Assembly (NCBI GenBank): GCA_046861645.1
Contig: JBHHUM010000008.1
Location: forward strand, 1 to 53,225
Origin: Fidelibacterota bacterium
GTDB taxonomy: Bacteria > Fidelibacterota > Marinisomatia > Marinisomatales > UBA2128
Length of the DNA stretch: 53,225 bases
Reading direction: 5' to 3'
Shown one piece after another: positions 1 through 9,514 of this stretch (its first letter is position 1; each line of letters starts with the position of its first letter). The notes beneath the pieces were generated by a model. It made no database searches. It was not told the origin of the DNA and saw only the letters and a program-made list of their open reading frames with translations. Both the position numbers and the translations under genes were made by a program.

Positions 1-483
1 AATGTTTTTATTATGTCTAATTCAGTAAGTTTATGGAACATAGCCATTGAAATTGATCGCTCATCTACTTACTGGTATTATAATTACTCATTTGTATTAA
101 TCTTTGCAATATTCTACAATGATTGTCATATACCTGACAGTTCAAGCTTAGTGTATATAGATAATTTTTTAATGAATTAATCATTTAATCGGATTTCTTC
201 CTAAAACAATAACATCATTGAAAAGAATCTCACAACGAGGAATTTTAATAAGTCGACAGGTGAATATTTCTACAACCCTTTCCTTGATATGAAAATAAAT
301 ATTCTTAGTAAGAACCGGTATTCGTTAATTAAATGTTAATGTCATCAGTAAATTATTAGAGTAATTGATATCAAATATGAATATTCTTATAGATATTTTT
401 TTATTAAAACATTACATTCTATTTGAAACAGGTTTAATAGTGATTAAAAGTTCATATTTATTATTTCTAGACATTGGAATAAG

Positions 484-1113
484 ATGAAAAACCCTCTTCA
501 GATACATTTATGGATTCTTCTGGAGAGGGTCTTAGGTAAACCCCTCTTAGCTTCCTTTGTAGTAGGGGTTAACATTATTGCTTTCAACGCCCTGGCTGAG
601 TTGTACTTCAAAGAATTAAGTTATTTCACTTATTTAATCAGTTGTTGGGATGTACATCCCCTATTATTTCTCTCTAAGATTGGACCACCCTTTTTGATTC
701 CCTTCATGGTCACTTCTGCAGCTCGTATTATCCAGCGTAAAACCAGTGAATTCAATTTATTGGAGGATGCCATTCCAGCGATCTTCATGGCCCTAATTCC
801 CCAAGATGAAACACACAATATCCATCACCAAGCCCCTTCAAAAGTCAACCCGTCTTATAAGAAATATTTCCCAGAAAAGGGCACTATATCCGATCAGGAA
901 GTCATCTTACCCGCAAGATATTGGAAGGATCCATCTAAACGAGAATCCTTTTTCAAGGAGTTATCCAATAATGAATTCGTAGAGGGATTTAAAGCTGAAT
1001 TTGTGACGACGTCAGGAACCGAATGGAAAGGGATTATATTCTCACAATTCAAACAGTTAGATAATAATGTAAAAGTTCAGGGTATGGTAATAGATGCAGA
1101 AGCCTCTGATTAG
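484..1113 (+). CDS. Membrane protein with an NrtS-like N-terminal two-helix domain and a C-terminal PAS-like domain
   Basis: Hydrophobic segments SFVVGVNIIAFN and KIGPPFLIPFMVT. The C-terminal YWKDPSKRESFFKELSNNEFVEGFKAEFVTTSG...VQGMVID resembles a PAS core. Lies 19 bp upstream of a kinase gene. Confidence 0.55.
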   Translation: MKNPLQIHLWILLERVLGKPLLASFVVGVNIIAFNALAELYFKELSYFTYLISCWDVHPLLFLSKIGPPFLIPFMVTSAARIIQRKTSEFNLLEDAIPAIFMALIPQDETHNIHHQAPSKVNPSYKKYFPEKGTISDQEVILPARYWKDPSKRESFFKELSNNEFVEGFKAEFVTTSGTEWKGIIFSQFKQLDNNVKVQGMVIDAEASD

Positions 1114-1132
1114 CATTAGTAGTTAATAACAA

Positions 1133-4100
1133 ATGAAAAGATACTTCAACCATTTCAAATCAAGGTTATCATTAAAGTTTCTTTTATCTCTAGGTGGACT
1201 GGTTTTCATACTTATCCTTATCTTCACATTTGGTTACACCAGCTATAGAGTGGGACGTGAAACATTAGTGAACTCATTCCTAGAATCCTTTACCAGAGAT
1301 GCACATTTGGCCCATACTCAAATCCACGACTTTCTTTCCCATCAACATCAAGCTCTGATGGCAGTTGAAAATACTCCACCTATACCGGCCATTTTCCGAG
1401 CTATACAGAATGGAGGTATAGATCCTCAATCCGAGGATGATCTCACTACTTGGCGTAAACGCTTAGAACAGATCATGATAGGTTCTATCGTTTCTGATTT
1501 AGACAGCAGTTTACAACAACTCCGGCTTTTAGATGAAAAAGGAATGGAGTTAGTCCGTGTAAGAATCATAGATGACCAACCTTCAGGGGTTCCTTTTGAA
1601 GAATTACAAGACAAAGGTCACCGTCCATATTATCAGGAGACAATTAATCTCAATAATGATGAATATTATGTTTCACCAATTAATTTAAATCGTGAGTATG
1701 GTCAAATCATGCAACCTATTGAACCTACCTTGAGAGTAGCTATCCCACTATTTGTTGAAGGTCAGATTAAGGGAGTTCTGGTTTCAAATATTAATCCTCA
1801 AACAATTATTAGGCGTCTGGAATTACATCAAGAATTGTTCGAAAATGTTTTCCTGGTCAACCAGGATGGTTATTTCTTAATCCACCCTGATCAGGATAAA
1901 ACTTTTGGATTTGATCGTGATCTTGATTATACACTAAAAGATGAACATAATGAACTAGCTATTATGTTGAACTCACAAAATGAATTCATCAGTAAATCTT
2001 CATCACTTGGAGAGGAACCATCACACTTTATTGGATACAACAAAATTTATTATAATCCTGCTGATTCATCAAAATACTGGGCATTTATCTTTGATATTTC
2101 TTCAGAAAGACTTCTAGGACCCATCAATAGATTGCGAAGTAATTTTATTTTCACTGCTGCGATTTTTTTGTTGGTTTTTGCTGGAATTAGTAATCTGCTG
2201 ATTAATCGATTTGTGACCAGACCTATTCAGGCCTTAAGTACCGCAACACAAAAAATCGCAGAAGGTAATTATGATTTAGAAGTACCCAGTGTAGGACGCC
2301 TACTGGAATTTAACAACTTAACTCGATCTTACAATGATATGATAAAAGAGATCCATAAATCTCAGAAGGACTTAATGGAATCAGAGGTAAAATTTAGGAC
2401 TTTATTTAACATGGCTGGAGATGCGATTGTTCTTATCAGGTTGCCAGAAGGTAAAATAATCGATATCAATGAAGCTGCCATCAAATTATTAGGATTTTCC
2501 AAGCAAGAACTCAGGGAAATGAATGGTTTTGATATTATAGCCCCAGAAAAGGTAGAAGAGACAAAACAGTCCTGGCAGCAACAAATTTTAGAGAAAGGAA
2601 ATTTTATCCTGGAAACAATGTGGGTTCACAAAGATGGTAGTGGGGTACCTGTAGCTATAAGTGGTAGCCCTATAACCATTAAAGGAGTTGACTATATCCA
2701 GATGATCGCCCGGGATATGACTGAACGAAATAAAGCCCTGCAAATGTTACGGGAAAGTGAGGAAACACTTCGTTTAGCTCAAGCGGCTGGTAAAATTGGG
2801 TGGTGGAAATTAGATATTCCTAATAATATACTGAAGTGGTCAGATGAGACATTTAATATCTTTGGTATTAAGCCGGTTTCCTCTTTGACATATGAAATTT
2901 TTCTATCGCTTTTACACCCCGATGACCAAAATAAAGTCAATGATGCCTGGAATCAAGCCTTAAAAGGTAAACCTTATAACATTGAGCATCGCATTCTTAT
3001 TAATGGGGAAACTCGTTGGGTCTTAGAGCAAGCACAAGTGGAATTTGATTCCTCTGGCCAACCTGAAATATGCATTGGCACCGTACAGGATATCACCAAA
3101 AGTGTAGAAGCTCAAAAAGAAGTAGAGCGCTTGGCAAATTTCCCACGGCTTAATCCTCAACCCGTATTGGAACTAGACATTAAAGGAAATTTGACTTATA
3201 TCAATCCTGCTGGTGAAAAGTTACTAAATCAATATAGAACAAAATCTTTAGATAAGATCCTACCCCATGACTTCCGTCGGAGTGTTATTCAGAATTTCAA
3301 ATCAAGAAAAACAACTCCCAGCGAAGCAATAGTTTTAGGTGAAAGGACCTTTCTCTGGTCAGCATATTTATTACCTGATTTAGGTTTAGTACACTTATAC
3401 GCCAATGATATTACTGACTTAAAAAAAACCGAACATGAATTGGTGAAAGCTAAGAACCGTGCTGAACAGGCTGATAAAGTCAAAACTCTTTTCCTGGCTA
3501 ACATGTCGCATGAAATCCGCACACCCCTGAATTCTATTCTAGGATTCACAGAATTAGTTGAACACGAGACTCGAGATAAATTAGGAAAAGAGCAGCAATC
3601 ATTCTTTGACATGATCAGAAATAATGGTCAACGACTAATGAATACCGTACATGAAGTATTAGACATCTCCCAGATAGATGCTGGTATCTATCAACTCAAA
3701 CCTAAATCCCTTGATTTAAAGCAATTGCTTTATAACCTGATTTCTGGATTCGCCCCGGAAGCAGAAGCTAAGAAACTATCTTTAAACTGGACTGCTACCC
3801 CCGAAGCAGCCACGGTAGTAGCAGATGAACAGTCCTTGACCCAAGCCCTTTCTAATCTTCTGAATAACGCAATCAAATACACCGATGAAGGAAAAATTGA
3901 TGTTTCGCTTAAAGAGAAAAATGATCAATTTCTGATAATTATTAAAGATAGTGGAATTGGTATGTCATCTGAATATCTTAAACACATGTATGATGTGTTT
4001 TCTCAGGAAAGCACGGGTTATACCAAAAAATTTCAAGGCATCGGTTTGGGGCTTACTTTGGTAAAGCGCTTCCTGGATTTGAATAAGGTCTCAATTGAAG

Positions 4101-4177
4101 TCGAGAGTAAAAAAGGAAAGGGAACCACTTTCACTTTATATTTTGAGAAAGCTCACGACTTCTCGGAAGTCAACTAA
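1133..4177 (+). CDS. Sensor histidine kinase (dCache periplasmic domain, HAMP, multiple PAS, HisKA, HATPase_c)
   Basis: Two TM helices flank a Cache-like domain. HAMP (RPIQALS...EGNY), PAS repeats, H-box FLANMSHEIRTPLN, N-box NLLNNAIKYT, G-boxes DSGIG and GIGLGL. Confidence 0.95.
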   Translation: MKRYFNHFKSRLSLKFLLSLGGLVFILILIFTFGYTSYRVGRETLVNSFLESFTRDAHLAHTQIHDFLSHQHQALMAVENTPPIPAIFRAIQNGGIDPQSEDDLTTWRKRLEQIMIGSIVSDLDSSLQQLRLLDEKGMELVRVRIIDDQPSGVPFEELQDKGHRPYYQETINLNNDEYYVSPINLNREYGQIMQPIEPTLRVAIPLFVEGQIKGVLVSNINPQTIIRRLELHQELFENVFLVNQDGYFLIHPDQDKTFGFDRDLDYTLKDEHNELAIMLNSQNEFISKSSSLGEEPSHFIGYNKIYYNPADSSKYWAFIFDISSERLLGPINRLRSNFIFTAAIFLLVFAGISNLLINRFVTRPIQALSTATQKIAEGNYDLEVPSVGRLLEFNNLTRSYNDMIKEIHKSQKDLMESEVKFRTLFNMAGDAIVLIRLPEGKIIDINEAAIKLLGFSKQELREMNGFDIIAPEKVEETKQSWQQQILEKGNFILETMWVHKDGSGVPVAISGSPITIKGVDYIQMIARDMTERNKALQMLRESEETLRLAQAAGKIGWWKLDIPNNILKWSDETFNIFGIKPVSSLTYEIFLSLLHPDDQNKVNDAWNQALKGKPYNIEHRILINGETRWVLEQAQVEFDSSGQPEICIGTVQDITKSVEAQKEVERLANFPRLNPQPVLELDIKGNLTYINPAGEKLLNQYRTKSLDKILPHDFRRSVIQNFKSRKTTPSEAIVLGERTFLWSAYLLPDLGLVHLYANDITDLKKTEHELVKAKNRAEQADKVKTLFLANMSHEIRTPLNSILGFTELVEHETRDKLGKEQQSFFDMIRNNGQRLMNTVHEVLDISQIDAGIYQLKPKSLDLKQLLYNLISGFAPEAEAKKLSLNWTATPEAATVVADEQSLTQALSNLLNNAIKYTDEGKIDVSLKEKNDQFLIIIKDSGIGMSSEYLKHMYDVFSQESTGYTKKFQGIGLGLTLVKRFLDLNKVSIEVESKKGKGTTFTLYFEKAHDFSEVN

Positions 4178-4192
4178 CATGTAAGGATTAAA

Positions 4193-4579
4193 ATGAATGT
4201 AATCAAACCTGTTATTCTTGTAGTAGAAGATGATATGAGCTCACAAATGTTGTTTAAATACTTCCTGAAAGACTCCTATGATCTTTTTTTTGCAGAATCC
4301 GTTACCAAGGCAAAAAATAGCTTGGAAGAGCATTCCGTTGATTTGATTTTATTGGATCTTTCACTGGAAGGAGAGGAAGATGGACTCGATCTGGTACGTT
4401 ATCTCCGCCAGACAACGGCTTGGAAAGACATCCCCACAATCGCAACAACGGCTCATGCCTTTACTACTGACCGGGATAATTGCCTGGCTGCAGGTTGTAA
4501 TGATTTCCTCTCCAAACCTATTCAAAGGGAAGTATTACTGGAAAGGGTAGCACATCATCTTTCGCTATCTGATAAATAA
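4193..4579 (+). CDS. Single-domain response regulator (REC)
   Basis: VVEDD, LLDLSL, TTAHA and KP motifs. AAGGA RBS upstream. Confidence 0.95.
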   Translation: MNVIKPVILVVEDDMSSQMLFKYFLKDSYDLFFAESVTKAKNSLEEHSVDLILLDLSLEGEEDGLDLVRYLRQTTAWKDIPTIATTAHAFTTDRDNCLAAGCNDFLSKPIQREVLLERVAHHLSLSDK

Positions 4580-4744
4580 ATTACCTGATAGATTACTCCT
4601 TACTCTGATGAAAAACGAATTTTGCAGTTTAGTGAAAGATAACAAGTTCACATTTTAGTTTATGTCATTTTTATTGAAAGAGATTTCCCCAAAACTATCA
4701 TCTCTTAAAGTACTTCTTTTGCCTAGAAGGGAAAGGATGGTACT

Positions 4745-5371
4745 TCAGTACAGATAAACAATTGAAAAAAGTATAAATAGTGCTCCCGAAACAAAAATAA
4801 CTCCAAATGCACGATGATATTTAAGTACAAAACTATCTACACGAAAATACATCTTTTCCAAGGGTAACATGGCCATTCTGGTAGAGAGCCAACGGTTGAA
4901 ATATTGATTGACTTTTTTCAAGCTGTCCGGATAATAAATAAGAAGAATCCAAACCGGGATTCCACCGATAATGAAAACAGCTAAAAATATCCAGATGGAT
5001 TCAATGACAGCTTCTATCAGTACGGCTCCTCTGAGATCAGGAATAAGAAATTGTAAAGCTCCACTTGGAAAAGGCATAGTAAAATAATAAAAAAGGAATA
5101 TAGCTGACCCTAATAACATGACCCAACCCCAAACTTTATTATAATGAAATACTTTGCTGTCAGTTTCACGCATAATCTCCAATGGTTTCAACGACTTTCT
5201 GGATGAATACCACTTATTCAGACTAAGGTTCAAGGAACCGTAAAGTTCGGGTTTTAAATAAAGAAACACTCCCACTGCAATTGACATCATGGAGCCGATA
5301 ATAAAAAACCACTCGGCAAACTCAATGATGATTTCTTTCATCAAGGGACTGCTAATTATCTGATCTAACAT
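4745..5371 (-). CDS. Hypothetical integral membrane protein with an internal two-fold repeat
   Basis: Four TM helices. Repeated unit LNKWYSSRKSLKPLE / FNRWLSTRMAMLPLE. Confidence 0.8.
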   Translation of the reverse strand: MLDQIISSPLMKEIIIEFAEWFFIIGSMMSIAVGVFLYLKPELYGSLNLSLNKWYSSRKSLKPLEIMRETDSKVFHYNKVWGWVMLLGSAIFLFYYFTMPFPSGALQFLIPDLRGAVLIEAVIESIWIFLAVFIIGGIPVWILLIYYPDSLKKVNQYFNRWLSTRMAMLPLEKMYFRVDSFVLKYHRAFGVIFVSGALFILFSIVYLY

Positions 5372-5435
5372 TCATATCTCGTTAGGGGTGAACCGGCAAT
5401 CGAGAAGAAACGTTCTGCACCAAACACAGGATAAA

Positions 5436-5678
5436 CTAAAGGGTAAAAGCAGTATAAAACAGGAATATTGCTGAAATCAATAATATGATCCCCCAAATAA
5501 AACGGTTGGAAAGAACTTTTACATCAAATAATGCAATCACTTTATCCATACTTTTCATCCATTTTTCGAATATTGAAGGTGCAAAAAGCATTAATACACC
5601 CATCAGTATGACCAAAAGAGAAACTATCAAAAGAAGTATATTGGTAACAGAATAGTCTTCAAACATGGCTCTTTCCAT
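5436..5678 (-). CDS. Small two-TM membrane protein (DUF2065-like helical hairpin pattern)
   Basis: TM-Pro-amphipathic helix-NR..G-TM pattern, similar to the adjacent 70-aa ORF. Confidence 0.7.
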   Translation of the reverse strand: MERAMFEDYSVTNILLLIVSLLVILMGVLMLFAPSIFEKWMKSMDKVIALFDVKVLSNRFIWGIILLISAIFLFYTAFTL

Positions 5679-5698
5679 CCCTTTTTGAAATTACTTAA

Positions 5699-5911
5699 TT
5701 ATCCCCATAGAAGAAAATAAAGCATGATAAAACCCAGAACCGTAATAAATCCACCAAAAAACAATCTGTTTTTCATAATATATTTTGACGAATCCACATC
5801 TCTGTTCAAGATTTCGCTTGTTCTCACTAACAGCCTTGGTGCAACCAATAGCATAATACTTAAAAACAAAGCTAATGTTGCTACGATAATGAAGAAAGTT
5901 TTGTATTCCAT
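5699..5911 (-). CDS. Small two-TM membrane protein (DUF2065-like helical hairpin pattern)
   Basis: LLVAPRLL...KNRLFFGG, the same pattern as 5436-5678. Confidence 0.7.
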   Translation of the reverse strand: MEYKTFFIIVATLALFLSIMLLVAPRLLVRTSEILNRDVDSSKYIMKNRLFFGGFITVLGFIMLYFLLWG

Positions 5912-6052
5912 GACTACCTATCGAGTTATTTTTGATTAACGGATATTACTAAATTATTCCAAAAATTCTAAAAAAAATTACAGTTCAGGATCATAATTTC
6001 CTACTTGAAATATCAATTAAATCAAGGTGATAATCTTTAATAAAAAAGAATC

Positions 6053-7750
6053 TTATATTTCCTTTAAGGTAGTTTTAACTGGAACAAATTTTTGGGTAGA
6101 AAAATAATGAAATGGAAAACAGTGTGTCAGTTTCATGCGACCCTTCTTAAACTCCTTATTATCCATCTTTTTTACAAAGATCGCTCCCTCTAAATAGGCA
6201 TTATCGTGATCCATTTTTAATTTATTGTCAGGTACGAAAGCGATTCCATAAAGAGCTCCGTTTAAATTTAGTTCCCCTCGAGACGTGACAATCGCCCATA
6301 CTTCAGCGTTTTCTTTTATTTCTACTCTCTCTTTTGAATATACTTCATTGAAAGTTATCGTTCTACAGGGAGGTGAAACGCCGGATAAATCATTCCCAAC
6401 TTGAGTATGATCTTCAATCTTTATTTCCTTTTTGGCAATCAGTATAACATTGTCATCAATAAAACTTTCATTATCATGTTCTTTTTTAATCTCTATTTTC
6501 CCTGAAGCAACTAATATACCAGGGGTAACGAGGCTACTCCCCCCACTTCCAGCTCCAGTAATAGTACTACCTTCTATTTTAATATCACCTTTCACAAAAT
6601 AGGTTCTATCGGTATAGCCACTCAGGTCAAACGTTACCTCTTTGATCGTCAAGTTCCCTTTATACTTGTTCCCGCCTGTATTAGTAATTGCCTCGGCTAT
6701 ACTGATCAAGCTATCGTAAGGACTATGGTTAAAATTGGGAAGAGTGGGTGTAGGATTTGGGTAAATCGCCCAGTCAAAAGTGGCATTGAAATCTCCTGTG
6801 ACAGTAAAGCCGGTGGGAACATAAATAATAGTAGGACCTCCGTATACAGGTGAACCTACAACAGCTCCTGAATCGACATCAACACTGCCTCCAATGAAAA
6901 TAGAACAGTTAAGAATAGTAGTGTCTTTGATTATAAATTCACCTGAATAGTCATCGCCATTGTCGTCATCCCCTTGATCATCATCATCACTATATTCACA
7001 TAATAAACCGCCATTACGACTATATCCTGATATAATTTCAAAGGATCCTACCACCATACCTGCTCCTATGGGTTGGGAGCAGCTTGTATGAATTTTAACA
7101 TCAAGTGAGTTATCTATATAAAGTTTAATCTCTGTTCCGAAAGTTCCATAATTATCAGTCCCATAAAAAGTAAATATACCTCCTGGAGAAACAGAATTGT
7201 TATAGACCACATCACCATTTTTTTGTTTGACTGTAATCAAAGCTGAACTACTACCATTGTACTGCATTGTAAGTTGTGTAACCTTCCCATCACATTCCCC
7301 ACAAGCACTTCCACCTTCCATAATCACGGATATAAGAGGCCATAGTTCTTGGTCTTGTAGTACATCAAAATTGCTCTCTATCACGCGCTTGGAATTGTCA
7401 TGTATTCCAGTACTGATGTAACGAATTGCACCGTTGGTTAAGGGCCCTCCGTCACTACCAGTGAGAGAGTTTGTAAGAGTAACGGTACTGTTGTAATAAG
7501 AATATGTACCTGGAATAGTATTGTTATTATTAGTCGTTTCTTCATAGACATACTCCATGCCTGAAACTGCACTCCAATAGGCTTGACTGGTGGAAAGCAT
7601 TTCACCAGCTTCAGAAATATTCAACATGACAGTGGATCGCAAATAAATCAGGATAAGACTAATAATAATTACAACAACCATCGCTGTAACAGCAAAAATA
7701 TAACCACCCTCATTGCGCAACGGTTGTATACCCATCCTCTTCCTAAACAT
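6053..7750 (-). CDS. Large PilX-like minor pilin / putative tip adhesin with an HTSCS-motif (DUF7467-like) domain and a C-terminal beta-helix-like region
   Basis: Prepilin-like site RNEGG/YIFAVTAMVVVII lacks Glu5, and SQAYWSAVSGMEY is PilX-typical. Contains CGECDGKVTQL...IHTSCSQPI...GGLLC. The real start is likely ATG 7750 or 7735, because the ORF-track start at 7915 overlaps the upstream gene. Confidence 0.8.
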   Translation of the reverse strand: MFRKRMGIQPLRNEGGYIFAVTAMVVVIIISLILIYLRSTVMLNISEAGEMLSTSQAYWSAVSGMEYVYEETTNNNNTIPGTYSYYNSTVTLTNSLTGSDGGPLTNGAIRYISTGIHDNSKRVIESNFDVLQDQELWPLISVIMEGGSACGECDGKVTQLTMQYNGSSSALITVKQKNGDVVYNNSVSPGGIFTFYGTDNYGTFGTEIKLYIDNSLDVKIHTSCSQPIGAGMVVGSFEIISGYSRNGGLLCEYSDDDDQGDDDNGDDYSGEFIIKDTTILNCSIFIGGSVDVDSGAVVGSPVYGGPTIIYVPTGFTVTGDFNATFDWAIYPNPTPTLPNFNHSPYDSLISIAEAITNTGGNKYKGNLTIKEVTFDLSGYTDRTYFVKGDIKIEGSTITGAGSGGSSLVTPGILVASGKIEIKKEHDNESFIDDNVILIAKKEIKIEDHTQVGNDLSGVSPPCRTITFNEVYSKERVEIKENAEVWAIVTSRGELNLNGALYGIAFVPDNKLKMDHDNAYLEGAIFVKKMDNKEFKKGRMKLTHCFPFHYFSTQKFVPVKTTLKEI

Positions 7751-7766
7751 TGCTGATTTAATATTC

Positions 7767-8465
7767 TTAATCATCGTGTCCGTCGTCGCCATGGTCATCA
7801 TCATGATCGTCATCATCACCATCACTTCCACTACCACCATCAGAACATTGACCAACAGCCAGATTAAGATTCTCAGGATAGACATCAGCCAGATATGAAA
7901 TTGTATCACTTTCATTAGCCATGTTCAAAAGTAATTCAACTTTCTGCACTTGTTGGCGATCAGCCGAGGATAATGGAAAATTAGTTAGTTCAGTATTATC
8001 ATCCTTAAAATAAAGAAACTCACTACTATTGACATCAACGTTTTTTGCTAAAATTCGCTTAACACCATCACTAATTATTTTCCGGGTGAGTTCAGAAGTT
8101 TGTAACTCATACTCTACTGTATAACCCAGATTCGTATCAAAACGGATTTTCTTTTCCTTTGCCAGCTCCAATCCGGTTTCCTGAGGAACATGAGCATATT
8201 CCCGGGTGAATAAGAATACACCACGTTGTCCATCCAAGTTTAAATCCTTACGTGAACGTACATCTCCGTACATACGAATACTATTACTGATCACAATAGC
8301 AATGACAGTAGAAATAATAGCAAACACGATGATACCGATAACCAGTTCAAGAAGAGAGAATCCCTTCGATGGGGTCGGAAAAAGACGTTCTAAACGTGAG
8401 AACAAGAAAAAATGACCTCGATTTCTCTTCGACTCCAACTTTTTCCTATTCACCATAAATAACAT
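7767..8465 (-). CDS. PilW/PulJ-like minor pilin with a His/Asp-rich C-terminal tail
   Basis: Prepilin motif KG/FSLLELVIGIIV. C-terminus DGDDDDHDDDHGDDGHDD. AAGGA RBS. Confidence 0.85.
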   Translation of the reverse strand: MLFMVNRKKLESKRNRGHFFLFSRLERLFPTPSKGFSLLELVIGIIVFAIISTVIAIVISNSIRMYGDVRSRKDLNLDGQRGVFLFTREYAHVPQETGLELAKEKKIRFDTNLGYTVEYELQTSELTRKIISDGVKRILAKNVDVNSSEFLYFKDDNTELTNFPLSSADRQQVQKVELLLNMANESDTISYLADVYPENLNLAVGQCSDGGSGSDGDDDDHDDDHGDDGHDD

Positions 8466-8474
8466 CCCTAATCC

Positions 8475-8996
8475 TTAATCACAGGTTCCACAAATATCAT
8501 TTGTACTGGAATCTACGCTCAACTTTGGGGTGATAAGAGAAGTAAGAGTTATGGGCACCTTGAGCCCATCATGATCCACTTTTACAATGATGTGTTTATA
8601 ATTTGTCTGTGATCCCACACTATCTATCCAGCTGATAGCGGGATTTACATAATAGATCCGGGTAGAAACATCATAACCCGGGAATCCTTTGGGTTGAAAA
8701 TCCCAACTATTGCCTATGAAATCATCAACATCATCATAGTCTGAGCTAGAGTTTTCTTCGGGTCCAAGGGTACTAGACCAGGGTTCCCCTGAATTCTCAT
8801 CAAAATCATGAGAACGGATGGTATGCATAACACTATTTGCTACGGAGACGGCTCTGAAGGTCACTTCAATTTCTACACTCTTGGACCTGATGGCAGTAAA
8901 TGCATAGGTAGCTCCCACAAACCCAATGCCCACAATTACAACACCTAATATGAGTTCTACTAGAGAAAAACCTCTGTTTCCGATTTTAAGGCTCAT
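8475..8996 (-). CDS. PilV/MshD-like minor pilin ending in CxxC
   Basis: RG/FSLVEL. MshD-like motifs FDEN, DYDDVDDF and YKHIIVKV. C-terminus ICGTCD. ATG 8996 is preferred over TTG 9020. Confidence 0.85.
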   Translation of the reverse strand: MSLKIGNRGFSLVELILGVVIVGIGFVGATYAFTAIRSKSVEIEVTFRAVSVANSVMHTIRSHDFDENSGEPWSSTLGPEENSSSDYDDVDDFIGNSWDFQPKGFPGYDVSTRIYYVNPAISWIDSVGSQTNYKHIIVKVDHDGLKVPITLTSLITPKLSVDSSTNDICGTCD

Positions 8997-9495
8997 AAAC
9001 ATGTCCGGATTTTGATTCAACTTTGATAGTAATAGAATTGTTTACTACAATTTCACCTCCGTTTGAAGGAGTACCCCACCAGTCGAAAAAGACTTCCGGA
9101 TTTCCTCCAAAATTAACGCTGGTAATTACGGCGTCTATGTACATATCATCAAGATCTAAAATCTGTTGAGCGTTAGTATAAGGATCTAGAATAAGGGTTC
9201 GATTGGTAGCAGAGGGTCCAGAATAAATACCATAACTATTTGTAGATAAATCCACAACAAACCAGGTGGTATCATGCCTGGCAACTGCATAATCTCTGAC
9301 ATATCGCAGATCATCCTTCATTTTTTCAACAGCGTTACTAACGCGTATGCTCGTGACCACATCGTTATATCTGGGAACTATTATCGCCGAGACAATTGCT
9401 AAAATAACAATAACCATGATCATTTCTACTAGACTGAAGCCATGGTCTAAGCGTATTAATTTACAAGAAGTTCCAACTTTTCCAGACTGTTGCAT
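8986..9495 (-). CDS. FimT/GspH/MshC-like minor pilin
   Basis: HG/FSLVEMIMVIVIL, DLRYVRDYAV, FDWWGTP and I.VE..SG. ATG 9495 is preferred over TTG 9531. Confidence 0.85.
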   Translation of the reverse strand: MQQSGKVGTSCKLIRLDHGFSLVEMIMVIVILAIVSAIIVPRYNDVVTSIRVSNAVEKMKDDLRYVRDYAVARHDTTWFVVDLSTNSYGIYSGPSATNRTLILDPYTNAQQILDLDDMYIDAVITSVNFGGNPEVFFDWWGTPSNGGEIVVNNSITIKVESKSGHVYEP

Positions 9496-9514
9496 TATCA
9501 CATATTTTAATTTT

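Noticed and set aside
1..180. Open frame from the window edge (59 codons, + strand)
   Set aside because: Very AT-rich with no recognisable motif. Cannot be distinguished from chance.
7751..7915. N-terminal extension of the 620-aa ORF (VMVMMTIMMMTM)
   Set aside because: It is an alternate-frame reading of the Asp/His codons of the upstream pilin. The real start is near 7750 or 7735.
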